In this document: in pieces, positions 1 to 12,165 of the stretch
How the letters are laid out: each line of letters begins with the position of its first letter
Position numbering within the stretch: the first letter of the stretch is position 1
Assembly: GCA_905178155.1 (NCBI GenBank)
Contig: CAJINV010000011.1
Span: 3,375,077-3,439,076, forward strand
Length of the DNA: 64,000 nt
Direction: 5' to 3'
Origin: Amoebophrya sp. A120
Lineage: Eukaryota; Protista; Dinoflagellata
Notes under the pieces: model-generated
The model's input: the letters and a program-made list of their open reading frames with translations, nothing else
The model's database searches: none
Told to the model about the DNA's origin: nothing
Program-made: the position numbers and the translations under genes

Positions 1-3000
1 CTGGACGTGTGGCTGAACGCCACCGTGACCAGGGTCCTCTTCGCCCCCGACGGAGGTCGTGAGAACAACAGCGAGAAGCTATCAGAAGGAAAAATCCCCC
101 CTCCCCATATTGAACAGGTATGCTTCCGAAAATTTGCGTTGCTGATTTGAGGTCACAAATCACATTTGTCTTGCAAGAAGACAAGGGCAGAAGCTTCCGG
201 CCCATTATGGAAGCGATTTTTCATGCAGCTGTTGGGCCTAAAGCTAAAGGGGAGCCGTTTGCCATGCTGAACAACTAGACCCATAGGCCCCTACCTAGCC
301 TGGGGATCTGGCCGCAGTGCCTTCCTGCAATGCGAAGCTGATTCGTGTACACAAATCAAGCGTCAGAAATTCCGTTTTGATATGGGGGGGGATTTTTCCT
401 TGCAATAGAAGCGCGCCACGGGCATCGAGGTGCAGGTCGGGCCCCACGGGCTGAACAAGCTGCGCGTGTACGCGTCGCGGGAGATCGTGTTGTCCGCTGG
501 GGCGCTCGGGACGCCGAAAATCTTGACGCTGTCTATGACCCGCTCAGACCTTACAATCTCAACTGTTACAATAGAATCTGGAAATCTGTGATGCAAGAAC
601 TGAATGATCTAGCCTACTCCCATAGGATTGCGCATGAGAAGTTTCGGAGTCCCAAACCCACCTGAAATCCGGCAAAATTTGTATTGCGAAAAGCTCAATT
701 CTCTCTGCGTTCCTCATGCTCTTCATGCAATACAAATTGCAGATTCTATTGTAACGTTTGAGATTGTAGGGTTTGAGCAGGCCATACTGTCCGGAATTGC
801 CGATCCCTATGATTTGGGACGCCTCGGGATCCTATGACAGTGCACAACTCCCCTGCCCCCTTATTTGTCGTGCAAAATGGCAAGCCAACCCTTTGCCTCT
901 TGGCACTGTTTGCATGACAAGCTCGTCTGGTAGCCCAAATAGCACTACAATCCAGTGCAGATTTGTCATGCAAAACCGGCTTTCTTGCTGATGCTTGTAT
1001 TGCCGTTCATGCTATACAAATGAGGGGGAGGGGGAGTTGTGCACTCTGATAGATCCCGGTCACGCAGGCAAGTTACGCGGTGGGGAAATATTTGAAGGAC
1101 CACTTATGCTGGGTGGGGTATGTGATGATGGAAAAACACTTCGGGAACCGCGACGACTGTGACACCGGCATCATGGGCAGTGAGCGCTTGGGAATTTTTC
1201 TCAACATAACGAAAGAGGAAGACGTAGACGTCGGGGGCTTTGCGGCTGGTACTTCTAGTGGGGAAGATGAAGGTAGTAGTAATGCGAGGACAAGTAGTTC
1301 CAGTGGTAGTTTATCGCAGGTAGAGTCAGGACAGAATCCCGACGAGCCCGAAACCGAAGAGCAAAAAGCGGAGAAAGCCGAGAAGCGAAAGCAGGCCATG
1401 TGGGAGAACGTACTGCGGTACGAAGCGGAGGCTTCGAAGGACGACGCCAGCACGCTGACCTACGAGGAGCACGGCGTCATCGTGCCATCTAGAAATAATG
1501 CCGAACAACCGAATGGAAGTAGTGGCAAGGAAATAGAAACGAGCGATGTATCATTGCAAACAGAAAGAAATCCTTCCACAGTTGTTGAAGATCTTTCCCG
1601 CTTTACCGACGCCGCTGACCAGTTCGCCGTCGAGGGAGAATTGCGGCTGTTTTCTACCTGCTATGAGGAGAGCGAGCTGCAGAAACCCGGCACGCCAAGT
1701 GCGCAGGTCGTGGCGGAAAATAGTAGTAACCAGGATGAGGAGAAGAAAGACAAAGACTCGACGACCGCGCTGCATTACACCGTGGAGTTTGTGCAGATGC
1801 GGCCGAAGACCACGGGCCGGGTCTTCGTGAAATCGAATCGGCCCGAAGTGCCGCCAACCTTCGAGTACCCGCGCATCTTTCCCGAAGACTACGACTACCT
1901 GGCGCAGATGGGCAAGTGGATGGGGGACCAATTCGCGTCCACGGGCAGTACGCAGCCGGAGCCCATCACCGAACAGGCGTTCTCCCCCGGCGCGCTCGAG
2001 TCCGCGCGGGCGACCGCGCGCCTCTACCAGCACCCCTGCTGCTCGGCCGGGGTGACCCGCGTGCTCGACCAGGATCTCAGGGTAATGGGCGTGAAAAATC
2101 TGCGTGTGGCCGACGCCAGCGCGTGGGCGGAGATTCCGTCGAGCCACCTGGCGGCGCCGACGATGGCCTTAGGGTACCTCGCCGCCGAGTGGATGGTGCA
2201 CGACGCCGGGGGGTCGAGACAAAGCGTTTTCGACGAGGATAAGGAAGAACACCTGCATGAGCTTGAAATAAGCCTGGAGAGCAAGATATTGAAAAGCGTG
2301 ATTTTGGACGCGACGGCGCGGATGTTGCAAGAGGACGGGCTGCAGGAGCTGAAGCAGTACTTGGCAGTTCTGTTTGACGGGCGTATGTCGGTGGTCGACG
2401 TGCGGAACGATGAGGAACTGAACAACGGCCTGCGCTTGCGCGACGAGATTCTCCAACGCGTCGCGAACACCGTGATTGCGATCTTCCAGCAGGTGAAGAG
2501 CATCGCCGATCGGGATCGCCAGAGTATCAAATGCAAATGTGTCTGGGTCTGGAACAAAGCAACTTGTCATGCTAAATCTGAATCATGTAAAAAACTTGTG
2601 TTGCATGATTGCCAAAAGCTGTCCGCTTTTGACCTAATGCCAATCCAGAGGCAGTTTCTCATGCAGGATTTGCATGATAGAATTCTCACAGAATCTGTCA
2701 TGCTACGTCCTACATACCAGACCTCATGGGTCATGGAAAACCTGCATGACACCCAAACATATTTGCAACGCATACAGATGAGCTTGAGCAGGGAACAAAT
2801 AAACCCAGCGGCCGGCGTCGAAGTTGATGTACCGGAAATCACCACCGCTCACCTGGGGTTGGTTCGGGACGCGGTGCTGCAGCAGGTGTTTGACTCCAGC
2901 TTTCCCGACCCGAATCCCGAAGAGAAAGCGCGGGTGCGGGACCACAAAAATGTCATGAAAATCTTGCTTCGAGCGCGATTGGTGGTGGGGAACAAGAACG

Positions 3001-5575
3001 AGGATTCTGTTCTTGCGCAGACGGAAGTTGTAGAAGATGCGCTGCCCTCCACCTCCGCGGAAGAAATAGACCGATCAACAAGTAGTGACCACTCCACCCG
3101 CATGGTGATCGATTACCCCCTATGAACTGCAACTTTGTCTGGGTCTGGGAGATTGCGAGATTTGTGATGCTAGTCTGGCATGAGTCTAACTCTAAACTCT
3201 GTATTGCGTGCCAACGAAGAGACGCCCTTGTCTGTCATGCAAAAACGCAGCTTCCCATGCTGAGTATGCAACTCTGAACCACGGAAAAGTTTGTCATGCT
3301 GGGGAGCGCATTGCAGTGAGCTTAGTATTCCCTTCCTTGCATCACAAATTTCCAGACCCAGACATATTTGCAATGCATACCCCCCCAGCTGCCCGGTGCC
3401 GGTGGTCGAAATCGTGACGAAATACGAAAAATCTGCCCTGCAGGAGTTGACCGAGCGGGAAGAAAACATCCCCGAAGGAATTACCTCCATATCGCGCGAA
3501 CTGCTCGCCGGCCGCAACTCCAAACCCGAGCCCGAGATGGTTGCCGACAAAATGCTGGCCAGTTTCGACGACGCGTCAAAAGGTTCGCCGAAAATACAGA
3601 GTGAAGAGAGAGATGAGGTGGAGCAAGCAGACGTAGAAAACGCCGAGTCTGTGGCCCCGCAGTCGGACGCGTCGTCGTCGCGCGCCACCCTGGTTGACTT
3701 CGGCGGGCACATCCTGGAGCGCACGGCGGTGCACAAGATCGCATTTGGCACGGGCACCATGGACGACCGGTATTTCCTGGATACCTGCGTGGCCTTTCTG
3801 CGCGCGGGTGGGCGCGTGCTGGACACGGCGCACTTGTACGACAACAATGAGCAGATCAAAACCTGTATCAAGCACTCGCAAATCCCCCGGGAGGAGATCG
3901 TCATCGTCACCAAGGTGATGCCGCTCGGCCGCCGGGAAACGGAGAAGGCACTGAGCAACGCGTTCGAAACGCTCGGCACGGAGGAAAATTTTCTGTACAA
4001 AAAGACCTTCCCGCTCGACTACGTGCTGGTGCACTGGCCAGGGAATAACAAGGACCGCAAGCTGCCCATCCGGGTGCCTGCGGACTGCGCCATGACGGCG
4101 GAGGAATCTGAAAATAGGAGTACTAACTCGCAGGAGTTTGCCGGCGCGAACACGGCACTTCCGGACGAGGGCAGTAGTGGTGGCGGAACGCCGGCACGAA
4201 ACCCGCCGCTCATGTACGGTGGCATCAAGGGGCCGGAGGAAGAAGGTGCAGAAGACTTCTTTCCGGGTAGTACAGGGACAAGCGCGAAGCGGTCGCTGCG
4301 GCCGGATTCCTGGCGGAAATGCCGGGAGGAAACGTACGCGACGATGATCGAGTGGCAGAACCGTGGGAAAGTGAAGAAAATTGGGTATAGCAACTTCGGG
4401 ATTCACCACGTAAACGAGTTTGCAATGAAGTTTCCAGACCACCCACCCCAGATGCACCAGATGGAAATGAACCTACGGAAGTCGCAAAATTATGTCGTAC
4501 GACAGTACAACTACCGAATAAATTGCGTGGCAATAAATCTTATGCTCCAGCAAAGGAAAACGAAAAACGAAGCTTGTCAAGTAGTACAATGAATCGGGCA
4601 AAAATTGTAAAAAGAAATCTGTGATGCAGAAGTATTCTGTTGCAATTTGTACGAGCGCACCGTCGAAGATAGTTTTGCGACGTCGATAGAACCCAGCGTA
4701 CGTGGATCTGCCCGTGGTGGAAACCCACGCGGTGCAAAACCAGTACTACAGCTCGATCAACCAGCCCTGGAATAAGTGCGTCATTATGGCCTACGGTCTG
4801 ATTGGGGGCAACAACCGAGGGCAGCTGAACCTGAAGCATGTGTATCCTGTGCAAAAGTATCGTACTCGTATTGCAATCATGCATTACAAATCTTTCACTT
4901 AAGGTAAATCAGCACTTTTACAAATTTTATCTCTTGTGCTGAGGAAATTTGTAATGCATTTATACGAGTGCGATACTTTTGCAATTCATAATGTGGATCA
5001 GATCGCAAAGCGGAACGAGATCGACCGGTACGCGATGCTGGTAAAGTGGATCGTTGACCACTTGAACGGAATCGTCCTCGTATCCTGAGGAAAATAAACC
5101 GATAGTACAACAAGAAGGGAACAACCCATATTTTTGCCGCATAAGTGGGGCTAGCCAGCACGTGATGTGCCAGTTGTAGAGTTTTGCGGTCGTTGACATT
5201 GTTGTACACAAACCAAGAACAGTGATTGGCGACTTCTGTTGCACGTGACATCAACTTTGGGTCACTTTAGTGCAGTCGAAGTCGTGCTGGCGACAGCTAG
5301 TATAATACTGTCGCATTAATACTACAGATCTCATCGTGCTTTTCATCCCATGCATGAAGATCATGACAAATATGGGTACTTGTACAGTCACGGTGAATAT
5401 TTTGCTCATTGGATACCGCGTCGCGAGTCGGAGCACGGACCGGCTGAAGGAGGCTTTGTGCTTGTGGAAGAGTTATCCGAATAGGTTACCAGAGACGGAC
5501 ATGACCTACCTGACCACGGTCGCGAACAACTTCTTCCGCAAGGCCTACACGCCCTACCCGGACGACATTGGATAG
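1..5575 (+). CDS. 5'-truncated gene: GMC oxidoreductase (C-terminal half) apparently fused to an aldo-keto reductase domain; 8 introner introns
   Basis: After removing the elements at 80, 534 and 833 it reads LDVWLNATVTRVLF...KRATGIEV...REIVLSAGALGTPKILTLSGI...VGKYLKDH, then HPCCSAG...LRVMGVKNLRVADAS (GMC motifs). After the element at 3121 it continues in frame into AKR motifs DTAHLY, IVTKV, LDYVLVHWPG, KKIGYSNF, QMEMNP, IAKRN...KW and VASRSTDRLKE. Stop at 5573-5575. Confidence 0.8.
80..407. mobile_element. Introner, family C (TIR ..GAAAAATCCCCC); 5-bp DR GAAGC
   Basis: gaagc|TAT...ATA|gaagc; IR ggaaaaatccccc / gggggatttttcc; removal joins ENNSEK-RATG. Confidence 0.85.
534..786. mobile_element. 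Introner, family B (TIR TATGACCCGCTCA..TTACAATCTC); DR CTGTC
   Basis: ctgtc|TAT...ATA|ctgtc; removal restores ILTLSGI. Confidence 0.9.
833..1051. mobile_element. Introner, family D (TIR ..AGTGCACAACTCCCC); DR GATCC
   Basis: gatcc|TAT...ATA|gatcc; removal restores LGIPVTQ. Confidence 0.9.
2525..2774. mobile_element. Introner, family A (TIR ..TGCAAA.ATGTCTGGGTCTGGA); DR CAGAG/CAGAT
   Basis: Family A ends; 4/5 DR; 3n length and stop-free, so the ORF reads through it. Confidence 0.85.
3121..3379. mobile_element. Introner, family A; DR CCCCC
   Basis: Removal joins ORF 1080 to ORF 3291 in frame. Confidence 0.9.
4474..4688. mobile_element. Introner, singleton family (TIR ..GTCGCAAAA.TAT); DR GAACC
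   Basis: TAC...ATA; removal restores QMEMNPAY. Confidence 0.8.
4843..4990. mobile_element. Introner, family E (TIR ..TGCAAAAGTA); DR ATGTG
   Basis: Removal restores LKHVDQIAKR. Confidence 0.85.
5081..5415. mobile_element. Introner, family G-like (TATCCTGAG.AAAATA); DR CCTCG/CCGCG
   Basis: Imperfect TIR; removal restores GIVLVASRS. Confidence 0.75.
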
Positions 5576-6457
5576 ATTGATATGGAATTCTTATACGTAA
5601 TTTACCACGCAAAGACATTGTATCACCGGGGCAAGAACTGCAAATATCTTCCAATCTCCTCGTTCGGTGGGTCAACCAAAATAAGTCACCCAAGAAGACG
5701 AAAAAGTAGCAGATGAATATTTCTTTCAGTTCTTGACAGACTGCATGTACCACTAGGAGCTTGCTCGGAGGATCTCCACCACGGGATAATGTCTCGTCTT
5801 CAGTAGCGCCGATTCATTTTACGTGCTCGACGATGATCTGCTTGGCGATCATAGATAGCTGCTCCCACGCGGGCATGCAGCGTTGCGTTTGCTAGGAGCC
5901 GATATAAGTAAACGGCTTTCGATGTTCTGAAACTTCAGAAAGTCGAGACACAGTCGCCCTGGATCGTCTTAACATCAATTTTTCGTGCCTTCCGATGGCT
6001 AATCCGACCGGTCGTGGTGTAAGAGGAAATTTGTCGCTCGATCGGAAGATTACATGCGCTTCTTTTTGTTGGATCGTAATCGTAATTCCATTTCGTCTTT
6101 ACTGGCGCACGATTTGTGTCTTGTCAAGCTTTGGCTTTCACTTTCGAATTGCGAGGTGCTCGAGAGTGATGAAGCAGTGCTGACCTAAGGATTTCCAACT
6201 GTACTCCATACACGAAGCCACTCGGTATATCCATCGTTCGTAGAAGAGATAATGAAGCGCACCAGCCGGGCAGTCTTGTGCTTCTACGACCTTCTTTTTT
6301 TGCCGCTTGTTCTTTGGTCGTCTTTCGCCCAGCACATTCGCTGTCGTGCTTGTAAAGTTTTTTCATCTTTTATTTGACCCGCAATTGTTCCATTCCTATC
6401 AGTACTACCGCAGCGAAGTGCAACTTGCAGGAGAGGACCAGGAGACATAATTTGGAA

Positions 6458-9400
6458 ATGGCGAGCCTGCAGGAGCGGACCGCTCCTGCCGCGGAGCGCT
6501 TAATCCAGTCCTTGCTCGAGCGCAATACCGTGAGGAAAAATCCCCCCTTCCAATGATATTAATTGAAATGGAAATCGGTGATGATCCAGGACTTGTGTAT
6601 TGATGTAGAGGCGGACCACTGCAGGTGGATGCAAGGCCTGGGCAGGGGTGTTTTGAGGTAGGCACTACGCAGGCCGCTCTCTGTCGAGTTGTAGGTCTAA
6701 CAGCGTCAGCACAAATCGCTTCCGTAAAAATGCACCGGGCTGGCTGGAGTGGCCCTGCTCTTGGTCTTGCAAGACAGACGCGATCATCTGAGGTCACAAA
6801 TCAGCGTTGCAAATTTATTTTAGGAGCATATGGCTGTATTTCAGAGCAGGGGGGGCTTATTTTTCCTCACAATACGGAAGGCGGGCGAGCTAGACGAAAA
6901 GCGGGCGCAGCGCATGAGCAGTATCATCGAAGGCATTTCTCTTCATCAGGGGCGCATGATGTTGCTGGCGGGCCGTCAACCGAATACAACGTCTGACATG
7001 GTGAAGCCAGGAGAACTGTCTTCTACTTGTTCGCCTTCTTCTCCTTCCGCGGAACTGCACCACCAGGCCAGCGCGCGGTGGTCCCAAGCAGCGAAGCAAG
7101 TGAAGCGGCGCATCTCCGGGGGCACGGAGGATTTGGACGCTAGTAACAAACTCCTATCTTCGCGGGGACTTAATACGGGACGAGCTGGAAAGGGCCTTCC
7201 TGCCGGAGTTGGAGGAGCTGGGCTGCGCGAGACAGTTGCCGCAGTGGCAGCTGCTTCGCCGAACAATCCCAGCCCAGCACTGGATTTTTCATTATCTACT
7301 TCGCAATTCCGGGCAAGAAGTAGTGCCGCCCTGTCGTCCACCAAAATAAACACAATGCCCTCGTCTACTTCCGTCAAACGGCAATACAGCACCCGCGGAG
7401 CTGCCCAGGGACTGCAACCGGAGCAGAACCTCCTCTGCCCGGCCGACATCTTCAACTACGTGGCCTTCGGGCAGGGTTCGCTCCGGCCGGACTCCCCGGA
7501 GGTGCAAGTCGCGACGGTGCTGTCTGGGGATGGTGCGCAGCACGTCGAGGAGGCCCAGGAGCGGCAGCTACAAACCGAGCGCGCTTCCCGGGGCTTCAGC
7601 ACCGCCGGACCGGGAAACCAGCACGCCCTGGACCTGGTGCGGCAGCGGTTCGGAGAGGAGAACTACGCGTGGCCCCCGCGGGGGTCTTCGAGTGTAGTTC
7701 TGGGTGGACATCAACAACATGGGCAGCAAGTGAACAACATCCCGACACCTCCTGCTCCAAAGGAGGTCGACGAAATAAAATCACAGCTGGGGACAGGAAC
7801 TACAACAAACGTAGTACGCAAGAACACGATCATGGCCGCTCCGCCTGCAGCTCCTTCGACCAGCAGGTTCAGCGACCGTATCCACGAAGTGCTGGCTCGC
7901 AACAGGGAGTTGCTACCCACTAAAATCCTCGTAGAGCAACATGATAATGATAAAAAGTACGACCAGACGGCGAAAGAAAATAATGACAATAATCTCCCAG
8001 AAGATAGTAAAAATCCGAGCAGCACGGACTTCTACACGACAATGCCGTCTGCCCCGGTGAAGACTTTTTTTCCGTCTCTCGCTCCGGCTATCCCTTCCAC
8101 GCTACATATTCACCTGAACGAGCAGAACCAAGTAACCGCGGGAAGTACAACTAGTAGAAGAACCTCTCCTCGTAGTAGTAGAGCCAGCCCGGTTCATCTT
8201 ACATCCTTCCGTGACGGCGCCAGTCCACCTTCTCACGCCGTCCAGATCCAGACGGTACATGACCGAACTATGACCTGCTCAAACGTTACAATCTCAAACG
8301 TTACAATAGAGTTTGGATTTTGCCTTGCATGACGAGCATGACAGACTCGGACAGCATTCCACTTTCTGCAGTACAAATTTCGCCAGATTGTAGTGCGGTT
8401 TGGGACTGCGGAACTTGTCATGCGCAAACCTATGAGAGTTGGCTACATAATGCATCCATTGCATCACAGATCTCGATATTCTATTGTAACGTTTGAGATT
8501 GTAACACCTGAGCAGGTTATACGAACGGGAGACCATGTAACCGTCTCCGTACCGATAAAAACGGGACACACGGCGCGACCTCTAGTTAATACTAGCCGGC
8601 AAAGCCCAATTCCGGCGAGCCCAATTTCGCGGCCGCGCGCGACGTTCTTGACCGTGGATGACCCAACCGGAAAAATTCCGCAGCTCATGCCGTGCCACAG
8701 CAGTCCGCGGCCGCTCCGCGCGGGTTCTAGAAGTAGTTCTTTGGAGCGCATTCGGCACGGTAATAAACCGGTCGTGACCTCGGTGTTTGGTGCGGATGGT
8801 GCGATGGTGACGTATGGCAAACCGGCCTTGCTTATCAAATGTAAAAATGTCTGGGTCGGGAAGAATGCAACTTGTGATGCTGTCTCTGCATTATACAAAA
8901 ATCTGTATTGCATGACCAGCAAGAGGGCTCCAGTTTGTGCTACATGGAGGGGGTATTTCTCATGCGGGATAGGCATCAGAAAGCCCGCTGAAAATCTGTG
9001 ATGCCAGGCTATGCATTAGTTATGCGTCATGTAAAATCTGCATGACATCCAGACCCAGACATTTTTACATTTGATATTGCTGCAGCCCACGTTGCGCTCG
9101 CCGTCGATGCGCGCGGGGGCCTCCGCAGCTTCGAGTGCAGCGAAGAAGTCTACTTCACGGTGGAGTACAACTAGCCCGGGGGCGAGGAGCGGGCGAGGGT
9201 CGGCGGGTGCCTCTTCACCGGCACTGTTCAGTCACCAGAGCTATCAAATGTGAAAATGTCTGGGTCTGGAAACTTGTGACGCTGGGTGGCGTCTCATGAT
9301 GAGGCCACAAGTGCTGGCTCAGCATGACAAGTTTCTGAGCTTCTAGGTGTTGCCTATTCTGCATGACAAACTGCGTTTCTGCATCACAGAAAAGTGGGGC

Positions 9401-11305
9401 TCTTGGGTAACGTGCATGACAGATTTAAGAGTCATGCCAGACAAGCATGACAAACATGCATTCTTCCAGACCCGCCAGACATTTTTGCATTTGATAAGAG
9501 CTTCGTGGGGCAGGACGAAGCGACCGTGCTCCAGCAGCGGGCCGCAAAGCGGAAGCGGCAGGAAGAGTTGCGGGCGAGCAAAAAGTATGCATTGCAAATA
9601 TGTCTGGGTCTGGAAGATTGCGAGATTTGTCATGCTAGTTTGGCATGACTCTTAACTCTGTATTGCGTGCCCAGGAATAGCCCCTCTTGTCTGTCATGCA
9701 GAAACACTGTTTCTCATGCGGAATAGGCAACACAGAGCCGCGCAAAAAATCTGTCATGCTTGGCGGTGCATTACAGTGCGCTTTCTATTCACTGGCATGC
9801 ATCACAAATTTCCAGACCCAGGCATATTTGCATCTCATAATAAGTTCACGAACATTTTCTACGGGTCGGAGTCTCTGTTCCACGGCGCGGATCTCTCCGT
9901 GCGGAGCCCCACGCAACTGGAGTACCAGAAAAGGCTCGAGGAAGAGGAGAAAAAAGATGAAACATCGAGTCGGAACACCTTCACATTGACGAAGCAAGTT
10001 GGAGAACAAGAAGAAGAAGAAGACCTTGCTGCGAATGGTACAACCGCAAACAACGAAAAAAATCACGACATATTTTTCGCACACCCGGAAATTGAAACTT
10101 TCGCGCAAAAAACGCCGGGGAGTGCTGCAGGGGCGAACGAAGCAAAGACAGAGAGTAGTAGAAGAACCACATCAGTAGCAGCAGAAGTTTCCCGAATCGA
10201 GCAGATTCTCGCCAGCAGTCCAGCTGCGACGTCGACACTTCCTTCGGTGGATGAAAAATTGAAGCAGGAAGACATTACAACAGGAAAAATCCCGGCAACC
10301 AAGAACTCTTTTCCTCCAGCCGAACAAAGTTCTAGCATCAAACCCGACGGCGCAGTAGAACTTCAGCAGGAAAAAAACGAAGGTGGAATGACGCCCGAGA
10401 TCAACAAAGCTGGGGATGACTTTCATCTTCAATTGGGACAGAACTTGGACAATGTCTCAGCAAGAACAAAAAAGAGGTTCTCGGTCGGTGCTGCGGGTTC
10501 CGTGACAGTCGTTCCAACGAGTGTAGTAGAGAAAACTAGTACCGGCGATCATCTTGATCTAGAACTACTTCGAGAAGATGACGCTGAAGCAGGGGGAAGC
10601 AGCACGTTGGAAACGGAGGTAGAAGATGAAACAAGAACTGGTGCAGCAGCGCCACCTTTGTCCACCTCGGCAGCTTCATCTGCGAAAGTAGAGCGTCAAC
10701 AACATCTCCACCACATTGTTCAACACGACGGCGCGAGCCGGCTCTATTTTTACCAAGAACAAAAGACAAGTTCTGGCACTGAAGATCAGGTAGAGCTGCA
10801 CGACGAGGACGACGGCAACAGGGGGCAGCGCGAAGAACCTACTGCGGTTGTTCTTGAGAATATCATGAGTGGCAAAAAAGCTGAAATAAGCACTTTTGCT
10901 ACTGCGGATCCACAACAAGAGCACAACCCCTTGCCTTCAAACTCGAGCACCGACAAACACACCTCCCGCAGCGAAGCGCATTTCGTCGCCAGGATAAAGA
11001 AAAAGGTACTTTTCTTGAACTGATTCTTTCCATGATGAGTATGTTTCATTTATTGTTTCAACGCACTGTACCTGTAGTCACTGCTCCTCGATTCGTGTAG
11101 AGTTTTTGTTTCACTATCACTAGCGTTGTTGCTTCTATCACAGGTCGCGAAGACCCGGCCCGACGTCCCAGAGGAGTCAGTGGAAGTGGAGACTGGACAT
11201 CACGACAGTTTCGCTTTTGTCTACGGCCTCGATCCGGCCACGAACCAGCGCGAAATGCTGTTCGTCGCTCCGAGAATAAAGAAGGGGGCTTCTACTTCCG
11301 GATGA
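6458..11305 (+). CDS. Hypothetical low-complexity (S/P/E-rich) protein; 5 introners plus a GT-AG intron at 11006-11143
   Basis: The ORF segments 6374, 6830, 8393, 9071 and 9716 (with a short exon at 9502-9585) join into one frame on element removal; last exon 11144-11305 ends in TGA. Confidence 0.65.
6526..6874. mobile_element. Introner, family C; DR CGCAA/CGGAA
   Basis: IR gtgaggaaaaat / atttttcctcac; removal gives LERKAGEL. Confidence 0.8.
8269..8521. mobile_element. Introner, family B; DR CGAAC
   Basis: Long TIR, perfect DR, frame restored. Confidence 0.9.
8833..9076. mobile_element. Introner, family A; DR TTGCT
   Basis: TIR tatcaaatgtaaaaatgtctgggtc; perfect DR. Confidence 0.9.
9242..9496. 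mobile_element. Introner, family A; DR AGAGC
   Basis: TIR plus perfect DR; frame restored. Confidence 0.9.
9586..9839. mobile_element. Introner, family A; DR AAAAG/ATAAG
   Basis: TIR plus 4/5 DR; joins RASKK-FTNIF. Confidence 0.85.
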
Positions 11306-12165
11306 GGACGGCTAGTTTAATATTTCTTTGGCGGGCGGGCTTGCACTGGCTGGAAGAATGTTGTACATAGTGATAGTTCTTCACTTTGCCCCTGTAAAAT
11401 GGATTACAAATTTGTGATGTACATGTATGCCTATCTGAACTCAACTAAGCACACCGCTTGTTGTTGATTTTGCGACGATACAAATGAAATGACGATGTTT
11501 CGGTTTCCATTTTGCTTGATGCATTCATCAGTGTTTGAAACTGAACCATGTGCACGAGAAACAAAGCCTCCTGGGTCCGTCGCGCACCAGGAAATGCATA
11601 TAAGTAGGTGTTTTGTGCGGTTTTGCACTTGTTCAGGAATATTAAGTAGCGGTAAAAATACGCGTGGCCGTGTCGAAGTCGATCTTAGGAGTTTATGATG
11701 AAGATGATCCTGGTGCATGGTCAACGCCACACCGTTCGCGAAGCGAAGAACGATCCTTTTGCGATTTGCCGATGCTAGTAGTGTGTCCTGTCGTTTCGTT
11801 TTTCTGGTACAGCCGGACAGTCGTGACTCGATGTGAAGGCTCAAAGGGTTCCATGACCTGGACCTTTGACCTTCGCGTTCGGTTCCAGAACTTTCGTTTC
11901 TACTCACTTACTTCCCCCTCCGGGACTGCTTACATACTTCTTGCACTTTGTTTCCACAAAAACGACCTGGTCTCCCTCAAAGGAGGAATTCGCTCCCGGT
12001 TCACAAATAAGTAAGTACTTAGAGACGGCTGCAAATGAATATGTGGAAATATTTCTTCTGGACGTGAACGTTTCTCGCCTGCATGCTGCCTTCCTACCTG
12101 TAATTACATTTACCTAAACCTAAACCTAAAAGCCTGCTCTGCAAAAACCGAAGTAGAACAGAATC

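Noticed and set aside
1-5575. Interpreting the fragmented genes as pseudogenes
   Set aside because: Every break coincides with a TIR element or GT-AG intron, and the reconstructed exons keep open frames and catalytic motifs.
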